In this document: positions 40,183 to 49,935 of the stretch, in pieces
Layout: each line of letters opens with the position of its first letter
Position numbering within the stretch: position 1 is the first letter of the stretch
From: an uncultured bacterium
GTDB lineage: Bacteria > Desulfobacterota > Deferrimicrobia > Deferrimicrobiales > Deferrimicrobiaceae
Assembly (NCBI GenBank): GCA_964612075.1
Contig: CAZTFC010000002.1
Location: 23,576-87,575 of the forward strand
DNA: 64,000 nt
Reading direction: 5' to 3'
Program-made: the position numbers and the translations under genes
Notes under the pieces: model-generated
Databases searched by the model: none
What the model saw: the letters and a program-made list of their open reading frames with translations, nothing else
What the model was told of the DNA's origin: nothing

Positions 40183-42342
40183 TCAGCGCTTCAGTGCGCG
40201 GGCTTTGATCGTGGAGGCGGCGCCGGCCTGGTCGGCCGCCTGCTCGAAATGCTCCGAAGCGATCGTCAGGTTCGAGTAGTCGGGCTTCTCTTCCCTGCAG
40301 AGCGCCTCGTCCACGACGGACAGGACCGCCTTCTTGCACATGGTCTCGATGTCCGCGCCGGTCCAGCCGTCGGTCCGTTCGGCGAGGGCGTTGATGTCGA
40401 CCTCGGTGCGGAACGGGAGGGTCTGCAGGAACATCTGCAGGATCTCCAGCCGCTCCTCCTTCGACGGAAGCGGGAACTCGATTACGGAGTCGAAGCGGCC
40501 CGAACGGAGCAGGGCCGGCTCCATCATGTCGATCCGGTTGGTGGCGGCGATGATCATGACGCCCAGGGAGCTCTGCAGGCCGTCGAGCTCGCGGAAGAGC
40601 TGGCTGACGATCCGCTGGGAGACCGCGCCGGTGTCCTCCGCCGTGCGGGCCGGGGCCATGGCCTCGATCTCGTCGAAGAACAGGATGCAGGGCGAGGCCT
40701 GCTTGGCCCGCTTGAAGACTTCCCGGAGCCCTTTTTCCGACTCGCCGACCCACTTCGACAGCAGGGTGGGCGGGTCGACGGTGAACAGCGTCATGCCCAT
40801 CTCGCCCGCGATGGCCTTCGCCATCAGGGTCTTCCCGGTCCCGGACGGGCCGGAGAAGATGACGCCCCGCGGGGGGGTCAGGCGGGAATGGGCGAAGAGG
40901 GAGGCGCCCCGCAGCGGGAGGCGCATCATGGACAGCAGGTTCTTCTTGATCTGGTGCAGCCCGCCGATGTCCTTGAAGAAGATGTTCGGACGCTCGCTCA
41001 TGAATTCGCGCGTGGAGGTGGGCTCGACCTCCTTGTAGGCGGTCATGAAGTCCTCGGAGGTGACCTGGACCTTGTGCCCCTCGTCGAGCTTGGGCTTCTG
41101 GTCCACCTCGAACTTGACCGAAGGCATGATGCGCCGCAGCGCCGCCATGCCCGCCTCGGTGCAGAGGGCCTGGATGTCGGCGCCGACGTAGCCGTGGGTG
41201 ATCTCCGCCAGGCGCTGCAGGTCTACGTCCTCGGCCAGCGGCATCTTGCGGGAGTGGATCTTCAGGATCTCGAGGCGCTCGTCCCGCTTCGGCACGCCGA
41301 TCGTGATTTCCCGGTCGAAGCGGCCCGGCCGCCGGAGGGCGAAGTCTACGAGCTCCGGCATGTTGGTCGCGCCGATGATGACGATTTCACCGCGGCCCAC
41401 GAGGCCGTCCATCAACGCCAGGAGCTGCGCAACGACGCGCTTCTCGACGTCGCCGACGACGGTGGCCCGCTTCGGGGCCAGGGCGTCCATCTCGTCGAAG
41501 AAGATGATGGCGGGGGAGTTCTTCCGGGCCTCCTCGAAGACCGCCCGCAGCTTGGCCTCGCTTTCGCCGTAGAACTTGTGGATGAGCTCGGGGCCGTTGA
41601 TGTGGACGAAGTGGGCCCGGACCTCGTTGGAGATGGCGCGGGCGATGAGGGTCTTGCCGGTCCCCGGGGGGCCCGAAAGGAGGACGCCCTTGGGCGGGTC
41701 GATCCCCAGCTGGGCGAACAGCTCGGGGAACTTCAGGGGAAGCTCGATCATCTCGCGGACGTGGCCGAGCTCTTTCTTCAGCCCGCCGATGTCTTCGTAG
41801 GAGGTCCGCGTCGCCTTCTCGGTGGAGAAGTCGGTGCCGCGGAACGAGATCTCGGTGTGCGCGGTGATCCGGATGGCGCCGCGGGGGCTGGCGCCTTCCA
41901 CCATGTAGAACACCGGCTTCGTGCCGAACATGGTGATCTGGATGCGGTCGCCGATGACCACGTGGAGCCCCTGCAGGAGGAGCCGGATATGGGGGATCTC
42001 CGCGTCCTTCGGCAGCGGGCTGCGGACGTCGACCGGAGCCAGGATCACGCTGTCGGCCTGCTTGTAGGGGACCTTCTGGACGGTGCATTCCTCGTCGACG
42101 GAGATCTGCGCGTTGTCGCGCGTGATGCCGTCGATGAGGACCAGCCCCTGCCCGCAGAACTGCTGGGGCGCGTGCGCCGCGCGGGCCACGGTCGAGCGGC
42201 GGCCGGTGATGAGGACGGCGTCGCCGGGGATCGCGTGCAGCCGGTCCAGATCGTCCGGATCCAGCCGCGCAAGGCCCTTGCCTTCATCCTCAATGAACGC
42301 CTTGGTAACTTTCAGGGAAAAATCATTGGGGGATTTTGCCAC
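40183..42342 (-). CDS. CDC48/VCP-like AAA+ ATPase with two AAA domains and a CDC48 N-domain
   Basis: CDC48_N-like (SLKVTKAFIEDEGKGLARLDPDDLDRLHAIPGDAVLI), two Walker A motifs (GPPGTGKT and GPSGTGKT), SRH regions. The start is uncertain; the GTG at VAKSPNDF was chosen. Confidence 0.86.
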   Translation of the reverse strand: MAKSPNDFSLKVTKAFIEDEGKGLARLDPDDLDRLHAIPGDAVLITGRRSTVARAAHAPQQFCGQGLVLIDGITRDNAQISVDEECTVQKVPYKQADSVILAPVDVRSPLPKDAEIPHIRLLLQGLHVVIGDRIQITMFGTKPVFYMVEGASPRGAIRITAHTEISFRGTDFSTEKATRTSYEDIGGLKKELGHVREMIELPLKFPELFAQLGIDPPKGVLLSGPPGTGKTLIARAISNEVRAHFVHINGPELIHKFYGESEAKLRAVFEEARKNSPAIIFFDEMDALAPKRATVVGDVEKRVVAQLLALMDGLVGRGEIVIIGATNMPELVDFALRRPGRFDREITIGVPKRDERLEILKIHSRKMPLAEDVDLQRLAEITHGYVGADIQALCTEAGMAALRRIMPSVKFEVDQKPKLDEGHKVQVTSEDFMTAYKEVEPTSTREFMSERPNIFFKDIGGLHQIKKNLLSMMRLPLRGASLFAHSRLTPPRGVIFSGPSGTGKTLMAKAIAGEMGMTLFTVDPPTLLSKWVGESEKGLREVFKRAKQASPCILFFDEIEAMAPARTAEDTGAVSQRIVSQLFRELDGLQSSLGVMIIAATNRIDMMEPALLRSGRFDSVIEFPLPSKEERLEILQMFLQTLPFRTEVDINALAERTDGWTGADIETMCKKAVLSVVDEALCREEKPDYSNLTIASEHFEQAADQAGAASTIKARALKR

Positions 42343-42615
42343 TTTAGGTCGCCTCGCCGTGGGATGTATGCAGCTGAACGACTTGTATACAGAATACAAA
42401 CTGATGGTCAGACCAAAATATAGTAAAACGTCCGGCCGGTGTCAAGGGAAAACTGGGCGGGGGAAGCGGCGCAAAGAAAACATAATTCTTCCGATTACTT
42501 ATACGATTCCGCTTTTCCCGGTCCCCGTCCCCGCCAGGGCCCCCCGCGTGATCCCTGCGCGGGGACGGAAGCCGGACCGATTCGAACCAGCGAGCCGACG
42601 CCGGACCCGGTCAGG

Positions 42616-43107
42616 TCAGCTCGGCCCCCCGCAGTGATGCACGAGGACGGGGAACTTCGACTTGGCCAGGATCTTGGTCGCGAGGCTCCCGAACAGCGAG
42701 CCCAGCACCCCGGGATTGCCGTGCGTCGAGATGAAGATCATGTCGCACTTCTTTTCGGAGGCCACCTTCAGTATGCCGTCCACGGTGTCCTCCCCGGGGA
42801 CATGCGCCAGTTCGCAGGGCACGCCGACGCTGTCGCACATCTTCTTCGCCACCGCGAGCGACTTGGCCGCTTCCGCCTCCTTCTCCCCGTCGACTCCGAA
42901 CATGGCCGCCTTCGCCGCCGCGACGTCGGAGAGCGACGTCAGCTCCTTCATGTCGTGGAGCCTCAGGATGTCGCCGGAGGAGAGCTTCCCCGTGACGCAT
43001 ACCGCGGTGACCTTGGCCCCCAACGTCTTCGCGATCTGCACGCCGTGGCAGACTCCGAACACGCACTTCCCCAAACCGTCCGTGGGCAACAGGATGTTCT
43101 TGAACAT
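42616..43107 (-). CDS. universal stress protein, cysteine-rich paralog
   Basis: 163 aa; ~60% identical to the USP at 25281-25772, including all seven Cys and HHCGGP. Confidence 0.85.
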   Translation of the reverse strand: MFKNILLPTDGLGKCVFGVCHGVQIAKTLGAKVTAVCVTGKLSSGDILRLHDMKELTSLSDVAAAKAAMFGVDGEKEAEAAKSLAVAKKMCDSVGVPCELAHVPGEDTVDGILKVASEKKCDMIFISTHGNPGVLGSLFGSLATKILAKSKFPVLVHHCGGPS

Positions 43108-43263
43108 GGGACCTCCTTGGGTATTCTGCAGGCGAATAAACCCGGAAGGGCTATTATCCCGGCCAAAAGCCCGAATCTGTCAAGCGCAAATCCCGTCCTT
43201 TGCGCCGCATGCGGAAAAAAAGGGGGGGTGCGGGAAACGGCGCCCGCAACCCCCGGGTGGGCA

Positions 43264-43340
43264 TGGTCGGGATGACTGGATTTGAACCAGCGACCCCCTG
43301 GTCCCGAACCAGGTGCTCTACCAGGCTGAGCCACATCCCG
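43264..43340 (-). tRNA. tRNA-Pro (anticodon CGG)
   Basis: Hand-folded cloverleaf: acceptor CGGGATG/CATCCCG, D-stem GCTC/GAGC, anticodon stem CCTGG/CCAGG with loop TTCGGGA, T-arm GCTGG-TTCAAAT-CCAGT, encoded 3' CCA. Confidence 0.85.
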
Positions 43341-43414
43341 ACGCGAAAGGAAAATATCCTACCAACGGCGTCGCCGGGTCGTCAATAGGGAGATTCCGGC
43401 GACCGGAACCCCTT

Positions 43415-44056
43415 TCACAGGCCCATCGGCTCGCCGCAGACGATCACCGTGATGTCCGAGTTCGGCGGTTTCCGCTCGATGATCGAATAGACTCGACAGA
43501 TCCGCTGGGGGGAGGAGCATTCCTCGCACAGGCCGGTGACCGCGCAGGGCGTGGAAAGCTGCAGGCGCCTGGCGTTCCGGGGGGCGGCAACCGACTTGAT
43601 CCGCTTGATCGCCTCCGCGACGTCGGCCACGATCTTGTTCGCGCCCGCGACCACCATGATCTTCTTCGGGCCGAACGTCATCGCGTTCGTCCGGTTGCCG
43701 TTCATGTCGAGGTTGACGAGGCACCCGTTCAGCGTGACCGCGTTGGTCCCGGACAGGAAGAGGTCGCAGGTCAGCTCCTCGAGGCGCACGGCGGCCTTCT
43801 CCCCGGCGGGGACCCTCCCGTGGTCCAGCAGCCGCTTCCCCTTCCCCGAGAGGGCGTCGTGGATCCCCAGCTCCGCGACGGTCATCGACCCGCCGAAACC
43901 GATGGATACGGCATTTTCGCACTCCGCCAGCAGGCGGTCCCGGGCGGATTCCCTGTCGGGGAGGAAAAGGGCGTCGAAACCGTTCTTCCGCAGCGCCTCC
44001 ACACACCGCTTCCCCCGCTGCTCGAAATGCCACAACCCGATCTCCAGACGGTCCAC
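43415..44056 (-). CDS. LUD-domain protein (lactate-utilization LutC/YkgG-like, DUF162)
   Basis: 213 aa with the LUD-domain motif pattern (VSIGFGGSMT ... IMVVAGANKIV). Confidence 0.75.
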   Translation of the reverse strand: MDRLEIGLWHFEQRGKRCVEALRKNGFDALFLPDRESARDRLLAECENAVSIGFGGSMTVAELGIHDALSGKGKRLLDHGRVPAGEKAAVRLEELTCDLFLSGTNAVTLNGCLVNLDMNGNRTNAMTFGPKKIMVVAGANKIVADVAEAIKRIKSVAAPRNARRLQLSTPCAVTGLCEECSSPQRICRVYSIIERKPPNSDITVIVCGEPMGL

Positions 44057-44134
44057 TGTGCGCCCCCCTTCCCGGGCGATCGCCCGTTTAGCCCGTATCC
44101 GCCGCCGCCGCAGGAGGCTGGTGAGAAATGCGGG

Positions 44135-44812
44135 CTAGGCCTTCTGGCCGACGGCCGAGCGGATGTTCCGCTTCATGCGCCCGATCGTCTCCTTGTAGTC
44201 CGGCGTCCCGAAGATCCCCGACCCCGAGACGATCACGTTCGCCCCGGCGGCGGCCACTTCCCCGATATTTTCGGCCTTGATCCCGCCGTCCACCTGGATG
44301 TCCACGTCCAGTTTCGCCCTCCGGATCTGCGAGCGGAGCAGCTCGATCTTCGCCAGCGACGCCGGGAGGAACGCCTGCCCGCCGAACCCGGGGTTGACGC
44401 TCATGATCAGGACCATGTCCACGTCCTGGAGGACCCATTCGACGGCGGAAAGCGAGGTGCCCGGGTTCAGCGCCACGCCCGCCTTCCTTCCCAGCTCCCG
44501 GACACGGGCCACGGCGCGCTGGAGGTGGGGCGTGGCCTCCGGGTGGACCGTGATGATGTCGGCCCCCGCTCCGGAGAACGCGTCGATGTACCGCTCCGGC
44601 TCGACGATCATCAGGTGCACGTCCAGCGGTATCGTGGCGCATTTCCTGATCGCCTCGACCACGAACGGGCCGATGGTGATGTTGGGGACGAACCTGCCGT
44701 CCATGACGTCCACGTGGAGCAGGTCGGCCCCCGCCTCCTCGATGGCCCGGATCTCCTCGGCCAGCCTCCCGAAGTCGGCGGACAACAGCGACGGCGCGAT
44801 GTAATAGTCCAT
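44135..44812 (-). CDS. rpe: ribulose-phosphate 3-epimerase
   Basis: MDYYIAPSLLSADF...HVDVMDGRFVPN...MSVNPGFGGQAF...DGGI: near-textbook Rpe. Confidence 0.92.
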   Translation of the reverse strand: MDYYIAPSLLSADFGRLAEEIRAIEEAGADLLHVDVMDGRFVPNITIGPFVVEAIRKCATIPLDVHLMIVEPERYIDAFSGAGADIITVHPEATPHLQRAVARVRELGRKAGVALNPGTSLSAVEWVLQDVDMVLIMSVNPGFGGQAFLPASLAKIELLRSQIRRAKLDVDIQVDGGIKAENIGEVAAAGANVIVSGSGIFGTPDYKETIGRMKRNIRSAVGQKA

Positions 44813-44880
44813 GGGGTTCCGCAATCTTTCCTAAGAGGATTTGAATCACTCTAATCTATCACGGCCAAGGCACCTCAAAA

Positions 44881-45116
44881 CCGGGACGTAGATGAGTTCT
44901 TCCGCAGAAGAGGGACACACATACCGACCGCAAATCGGCGATGGCAAACAGAAGACAGGACTGCAGAACGGGGACGTAGATGAGAAGTCCTGCATATCAG
45001 GTTTTCAGACTGCCAGGCTTTTGGACTTCTCATCTACGTCCCGGTTCTGCGGTCTCCCAATTTGCGGCCGGCTCTTCTCTGTCCCCAAACTGCGGAAGAA
45101 CTCATCTACGTCCCGG
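44881..45116. repeat. nested-palindrome MITE-like element between rpe and rsmB
   Basis: Outer perfect 27-bp inverted repeat CCGGGACGTAGATGAGTTCTTCCGCAG (44881-44907) / CTGCGGAAGAACTCATCTACGTCCCGG (45090-45116). Inner inverted repeat sharing the GGGACGTAGATGAG core at 44970-44990 / 45023-45044. The right arm supplies the last codons of rsmB. Confidence 0.6.
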
Positions 45117-46493
45117 TTCGGTGGTTTTCCTGATCAGCGCAGCGAAAAACGAATCCGTTCCGTGGATATGGGGGTAAAGGCGGAGGAACCCCTCCGCCGT
45201 CCACGCATCGCCGGGGCCCGGCCAGCCGGGGGGAGGATCCGAAAGAGCCGCATCCGGCATTGCGGAAAGAAACCCGCGGACCACATCCTCGTCCTCCTCC
45301 CGCAGGGGGGAGCAGGTGCAGTACAGGAGCAGGCCGCCGGGCCGGACCGCCTCCCACGCATTGCGGAGGATCGACGCCTGGATCCGCGCCATCCCCTCCG
45401 GCCCGTCCGGGCGGAACCGCCATTTCGCATCCGGGTTCCTGCGGATCACCCCCATGCCCGTGCACGGCGCGTCCACAAGCACCTTGTCATAGGCCCGGCG
45501 GGATGAAGGAAGCGGGGCCCGGGAGAAATCGTTCAACGCGGTGTCGATGCGCGGCGCCGCCGTCCTGGCCACCGTTTCGCGGAGCATCCGGATGCGGGTA
45601 GCGGACACGTCCACGGCGGTGATCGCCGCCTTCCCTCCCGAAAGGGCGGAAAGGTGGGTCGTCTTCCCCCCGGGCGCCGCGCATGCGTCCAGGATCCGGT
45701 CTCCCGCGGCGGGAGAAAGAAGCGGGGCGATGAGCTGGGCCCCTTCGTCCATCACCAGGTAGGCCCCCCGCTGGAAGGCGGCGTCGGAATGCACCGCCGG
45801 GGGCTTCCCAAGAACGATCCCGGCCGGGGCGAAACGGCACGGCGCGGGCTCCATCCCCTCCGCGGCGAGATGCGGCAGCAAACCGGCAGCGGCACGGAAC
45901 GGGTTGCGCCGGACGATGAACGGCGGCTTCTCCAGGCACGCCAGGAGATACGCTCGCGCCTCCTCTTCCCCCATCGTCCGCCCCAGCGCATCGATGAGGG
46001 CCGCGGGAGCGGACAGCTCCACCATCGCCCTGCTCGGGTCGCCCGGCTTCGGAACGGCCGGGATCTTCCCCGCGCGGACGATCCCGCGAAGCACGGCGTT
46101 CACGAAGCCGGCCGCTCCGCCGCCGCGCGCGGCCTTGACCGCCGCCACCGTCTCGTTGAGCGCCGCCCGGTCGGGGATGCGCGTGTAGAAAAGCTGGTAC
46201 GCACCAACCCTCAGGGCGTTGCGGACGTACGCGTCGGCCTTTTCGAGGGGCCGCGAGAGGAACGGGAGGAGGGCGTAGTCGATCGCGCCGCGGCGCCGCA
46301 GGGTGCCCATGACGATCTCGGTCAGCAGGGCGCGGTCCCTGGGATCCGGATAGGCGGCCTCGCGGAGCGCGCGGTCCAGCACGATGTCGGCGAAGGCTTC
46401 GTCCCGGTCCACCCGGGCGAGGACCGAGATCGCCGCGTCCCTTACGATAGCCGGTCCCCTTTCCCCAGGCGGCGCCCCTGCGCGTACGCCCAT
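45102..46493 (-). CDS. rsmB: 16S rRNA (cytosine967-C5)-methyltransferase RsmB/Sun
   Basis: NusB-like N-domain plus SAM MTase (DACAAPGGKTTHL, DAPCTGMGV, LLYCTCS). The listed 728-aa ORF is a read-through of fmt+rsmB. The start at MGVRAG overlaps fmt by ~50 nt and is uncertain. Confidence 0.82.
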   Translation of the reverse strand: MGVRAGAPPGERGPAIVRDAAISVLARVDRDEAFADIVLDRALREAAYPDPRDRALLTEIVMGTLRRRGAIDYALLPFLSRPLEKADAYVRNALRVGAYQLFYTRIPDRAALNETVAAVKAARGGGAAGFVNAVLRGIVRAGKIPAVPKPGDPSRAMVELSAPAALIDALGRTMGEEEARAYLLACLEKPPFIVRRNPFRAAAGLLPHLAAEGMEPAPCRFAPAGIVLGKPPAVHSDAAFQRGAYLVMDEGAQLIAPLLSPAAGDRILDACAAPGGKTTHLSALSGGKAAITAVDVSATRIRMLRETVARTAAPRIDTALNDFSRAPLPSSRRAYDKVLVDAPCTGMGVIRRNPDAKWRFRPDGPEGMARIQASILRNAWEAVRPGGLLLYCTCSPLREEDEDVVRGFLSAMPDAALSDPPPGWPGPGDAWTAEGFLRLYPHIHGTDSFFAALIRKTTEPGRR

Positions 46494-47365
46494 GCGTCCA
46501 TGACCTTCCCTCCCTCGGGCTGCACGGACACGATCCGCAGGACCCCGCTCCCGCACGCCACGCAGACGCCGTCGCGCCCCGCGTCGACCACCTCGCCCGG
46601 CTCCCCCGCGGGGACGGGACCCGCCGCAGCGACGGCGCAGGAGAGGACCTTGATCCGCCTGCCGCCGTGCTCCGCCGTGGCGGACGGCCACGGCGTCATC
46701 CCGCGGACGAGATCGCGGATCTCGGACGCCTTTCTTCCCCAGTCGATCCTTCCGTGCTCCTTCTTCAGCATCGGGGCGTAGGTCGCCAGCGCGCCGTCCT
46801 GGGGAGTCTCCGCGAGCGTGCCCTCCCGCAGGCGCTCGAGCGCCTCGACCAGCGCTTCCGCCCCGAGCCCCGCGAGCTTCCCGAACATCGTCTCCGCGGT
46901 GTCCTCCCCGCCGATCGGCATCCTGCGAACGTGGAGGATCGGACCCGTGTCCATCCCCTCGTCCATCTTCATGATCGTGATCCCCGTCTCCGTCTCGCCG
47001 CGGGCCACCGCCCAGTTGATCGGCGCGGCCCCCCGGTACTTCGGAAGGAGGGACGCGTGGACGTTCACGCACATCGTCTTCGGGATGTCGAGGACGGACT
47101 TCGGGAGGATGTGGCCGTACGCCACGACCACGATCAGGTCGGGCGCCTCGGCGGCGATGCGCGCCACGGCTTCCGGGTGGCGCGCCTTCTCCGGCTGGAA
47201 CACCGGGATCCCAAGCCTTGCCGCCTCTTCCTTCACGGAAGGGGAAACCATGACCTGCCCTCGCCCGGCCGGGCGGTCCGGGTTGCACAGGACCAGGGTG
47301 ACGTTCTCCGTGGCGGACAGCGCTGCGAGGGACGGGACCGCGAAGGCCGGCGTTCCCATGAACAC
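46442..47365 (-). CDS. fmt: methionyl-tRNA formyltransferase
   Basis: VFMGTPAFAVPSL ... N-terminal formyltransferase and C-terminal Fmt domain; GTG start assumed (CTG/GTG ambiguity). Confidence 0.86.
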   Translation of the reverse strand: MFMGTPAFAVPSLAALSATENVTLVLCNPDRPAGRGQVMVSPSVKEEAARLGIPVFQPEKARHPEAVARIAAEAPDLIVVVAYGHILPKSVLDIPKTMCVNVHASLLPKYRGAAPINWAVARGETETGITIMKMDEGMDTGPILHVRRMPIGGEDTAETMFGKLAGLGAEALVEALERLREGTLAETPQDGALATYAPMLKKEHGRIDWGRKASEIRDLVRGMTPWPSATAEHGGRRIKVLSCAVAAAGPVPAGEPGEVVDAGRDGVCVACGSGVLRIVSVQPEGGKVMDAWAYAQGRRLGKGDRLS

Positions 47366-47406
47366 CGTGCGCAGCCGGGCCGCGCCGACTCTGGCGGAGC
47401 CGGCGG

Positions 47407-47892
47407 TCACTTCGCGGAAGCCGGCGGGACGGGAATCGGGGAGGGGATGCGGTCGATGAACAGGACGCCGTCCAGGTGGTCGATCTCGTGCTGCAGGCAG
47501 CGGGCCAGGATGCCGTCGGCGCGCAGCGTCACCGGCTCGCCGTTCTCGTTCAGGCCGCTCACCACCACGCCTTCCGAGCGGGTCACCTCCCCCTGGACGC
47601 CGGGGACGCTGAGGCACCCCTCCATGCACGTCGTCATCTCCCCTTCCCTCCCGACGATCTCGGGGTTGACGAGCGCGATCGGGGAAGCCGCCTGGTCGGC
47701 GGGAGAGACGTCGACCACGATGACGCGCTTCCCGACCCCCACCTGGGGCGCCGCCAGGCCGATGCCCTCGGATTCGTACATGGTATCGAACATATCCCGG
47801 ATGAGCTCCCTCACCCGTTCGTCGACCCTCGCGACCGGGGCCGCCTTGCGGGCAAGAAAAGGATCCGGAAATACGAGTATGTTCCTATTCAT
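47407..47892 (-). CDS. def: peptide deformylase
   Basis: GIGLAAPQVG, EGCLS, HEIDHLDG motifs; classic def-fmt-rsmB order. Confidence 0.92.
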   Translation of the reverse strand: MNRNILVFPDPFLARKAAPVARVDERVRELIRDMFDTMYESEGIGLAAPQVGVGKRVIVVDVSPADQAASPIALVNPEIVGREGEMTTCMEGCLSVPGVQGEVTRSEGVVVSGLNENGEPVTLRADGILARCLQHEIDHLDGVLFIDRIPSPIPVPPASAK

Positions 47893-48841
47893 CGACTGCC
47901 GCCTTCTCCGGCGGATAGCACCGGACCATGTTCTTCCCGCTCTCCTTCCCCCAGTACAGGGCGCGGTCCGCGTTTTCCATCAGGAGCCGCTCGGAGCTTT
48001 CCTCGCCCGGGAAGACGGTCGAGACCCCCCAGGTGGCCGTCACCCGGACGGGAGACTGGACGCCGTCGAACACGCTTTCGGAGACCTTGCGGTGGACCCG
48101 CCAGGCCGCCCGCACCGCCTGCGAAGCGTTCGCTCCCACCAGGAGCCACACGAACTGGTCCCCGCCCAGGCGTGCCACGGCGTCGTAGCGCCGCTTTCCC
48201 CCCTTGAGGATTCCCCCGAACTGCCGGATCACGCTGTCCCCAACCGGGAACCCGTACGATTCGTTCACGCCGCGTATGTCGTCTATATCCGTTACGATGC
48301 ACGACAGCGGACGCCCGATTCTGCGGGCCATCTCGATGTTGCGCTCGAGCTCCTCCGTGAATTGGCGCCGGTTGGGAAGCCCCGTCAGCTCGTCCACCAG
48401 CGAATGCCACCGGAGCTCCCGGTTGACCTCCAGGGCATCGTGGTACATGTCGCCGAGGGCGTAAAGCGGCCTCGCCCGCTCGAGGATATCGGCGGCGGAC
48501 AGGTCGGCGGAGAAGACCTGGTCCGCCCCGGCCTCCCGGAACCTGCGCTCCCACCGCAGGGCGTTCCTGCCGCCGACCAGGAAGACCGGGACCCCGTTCC
48601 CCTCCTCCCCTTTGCGGAACCGTCGGAGGACCCACTCCTCCTCGGCGATCTCGCCGTATTCCCCGAGGAAGACGGCCGCGAGGTCTTCCCCCGCCGCCCG
48701 GGCGTCGAAGAGCGCCTCCCACGATCCCGAGCGCTCCACGAAGTAGCCGCGGGTAACCAGCCCCTCCGCCAGGTACTTCAGCACGGGCCACACGGGGCGC
48801 GCCACGAGGACGGTCCTCGAGCACGGGATCGCCGCCGTCAC
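47885..48841 (-). CDS. GGDEF-domain protein with a degenerate N-terminal receiver-like domain; active site reads GGDQF with an intact RxxD I-site
   Basis: GTG start forms a GTGA overlap with the GAF gene stop; GGDEF-fold motifs (RLGGDQF preceded by RRYD). Confidence 0.78.
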   Translation of the reverse strand: MTAAIPCSRTVLVARPVWPVLKYLAEGLVTRGYFVERSGSWEALFDARAAGEDLAAVFLGEYGEIAEEEWVLRRFRKGEEGNGVPVFLVGGRNALRWERRFREAGADQVFSADLSAADILERARPLYALGDMYHDALEVNRELRWHSLVDELTGLPNRRQFTEELERNIEMARRIGRPLSCIVTDIDDIRGVNESYGFPVGDSVIRQFGGILKGGKRRYDAVARLGGDQFVWLLVGANASQAVRAAWRVHRKVSESVFDGVQSPVRVTATWGVSTVFPGEESSERLLMENADRALYWGKESGKNMVRCYPPEKAAVDE

Positions 48842-49935
48842 CGGACGTCCCTCGTCCAGTCGCGCAGGACGTTCGCGTTGCGCAGCGCCACTCCCGCGAC
48901 GTGCCCGAAGGCGGTCAGCATCTCGAGGTCCTCTTCCTGGAACCCGTTCACCTGGTGGTGGTCGAGATTGATCACCCCCATCACCTCGGACCCCCACTTG
49001 ATCGGAACGGCCATCTCGCACATCACCTTGGGGCTCGCCTCGAAGTACCGGGGGTCCTCCCGGACGTCCTTGACCAGCAGCGGGACGCCCTCCTTCGCCA
49101 CCCACCCGGTGACCCCCTCGCCGATCCGCAGCCGGATGGCGCTCTTCACCGCGCCGCCGAGCCCCTGCTCCGCCTCGATATAGAGCATCCCGGAGGTGTG
49201 GTCCACGCGGATGACCGAGCCGGAGGAGGCGCCCAGCAGCCCGGTCGCGCGGTCGATGATCCGCTGGAAAAGGACCGCCGGATCCGATTCCTCGTTCAGC
49301 GCCTTGCTGATGTCGAAGATGGCCGAAAGCTTCCGGGCCTTCTTGTCCAGCCGGGCGACCAGCGCAGCGTTTCCCTGGACGACCGATGCGAAATTCGCCA
49401 TGACGGTAAGCAGCTTCAGGTCCTCGTCGTCGAGGTCCCTGCGGTCGAGCGGGGTCGCCGCGATGACCACCCCGATGGTGGAGGCGGCGCTCTTGACCGG
49501 CGCGACGATCATCCCCTTCACGTCCATGCGGTGGATCAGCCGCAGGAGGCTGCGGTCGAGCCCCGGCCGCCCCTCGGAGATGACGACCCCCTCCCCGGAG
49601 GAAAGGACCGGCAGGACGACCCTCCGGTACATCTCGAGCCGCAGCTTTTCGTACGCCTTCCCCCTCGGGATGCCCGCCATCGAACGGATCTGGGGGTATT
49701 CCTCCCCGGGCGCCGAAAGCAGCAGGACGCAGCGCTCGACGCGCAGGATCGACGCGGAGGCGGAGGTGATGAGGTCGAAGCTGCGCTGGACGTCCTCTCC
49801 CGGCCGGCTCAGCGCCTGCGAGATCTCGTACAGCCCGGACGTCAGCGCGCCCGCGAACGAGACGTCCCTCGTCTCGCCCCGGGATTTCCGCTCCCCGCGC
49901 AGCGCCTCGAGGAGGACCCTCAGGATGCTCATCCG
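48838..49935 (-). CDS. tandem GAF-domain protein
   Basis: Two GAF-like units; ATGA overlap with the upstream response-regulator gene. Confidence 0.78.
   Translation of the reverse strand, partial: RMSILRVLLEALRGERKSRGETRDVSFAGALTSGLYEISQALSRPGEDVQRSFDLITSASASILRVERCVLLLSAPGEEYPQIRSMAGIPRGKAYEKLRLEMYRRVVLPVLSSGEGVVISEGRPGLDRSLLRLIHRMDVKGMIVAPVKSAASTIGVVIAATPLDRRDLDDEDLKLLTVMANFASVVQGNAALVARLDKKARKLSAIFDISKALNEESDPAVLFQRIIDRATGLLGASSGSVIRVDHTSGMLYIEAEQGLGGAVKSAIRLRIGEGVTGWVAKEGVPLLVKDVREDPRYFEASPKVMCEMAVPIKWGSEVMGVINLDHHQVNGFQEEDLEMLTAFGHVAGVALRNANVLRDWTRDVR

Noticed and set aside
43264-43340. tRNA-Pro as an integration hotspot or genomic-island boundary
   Set aside because: There is no integrase, no direct repeat of the tRNA 3' end, and flanking genes (USP, LUD protein, rpe) are ordinary. 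GC content is unchanged.
45102-47288. 728-aa ORF spanning both fmt and rsmB
   Set aside because: It is a read-through in the rsmB frame across the fmt region. The upstream 265 codons are artefactual and only the part from MGVRAG... onward matches RsmB. fmt is encoded in a different frame (46442..47365).
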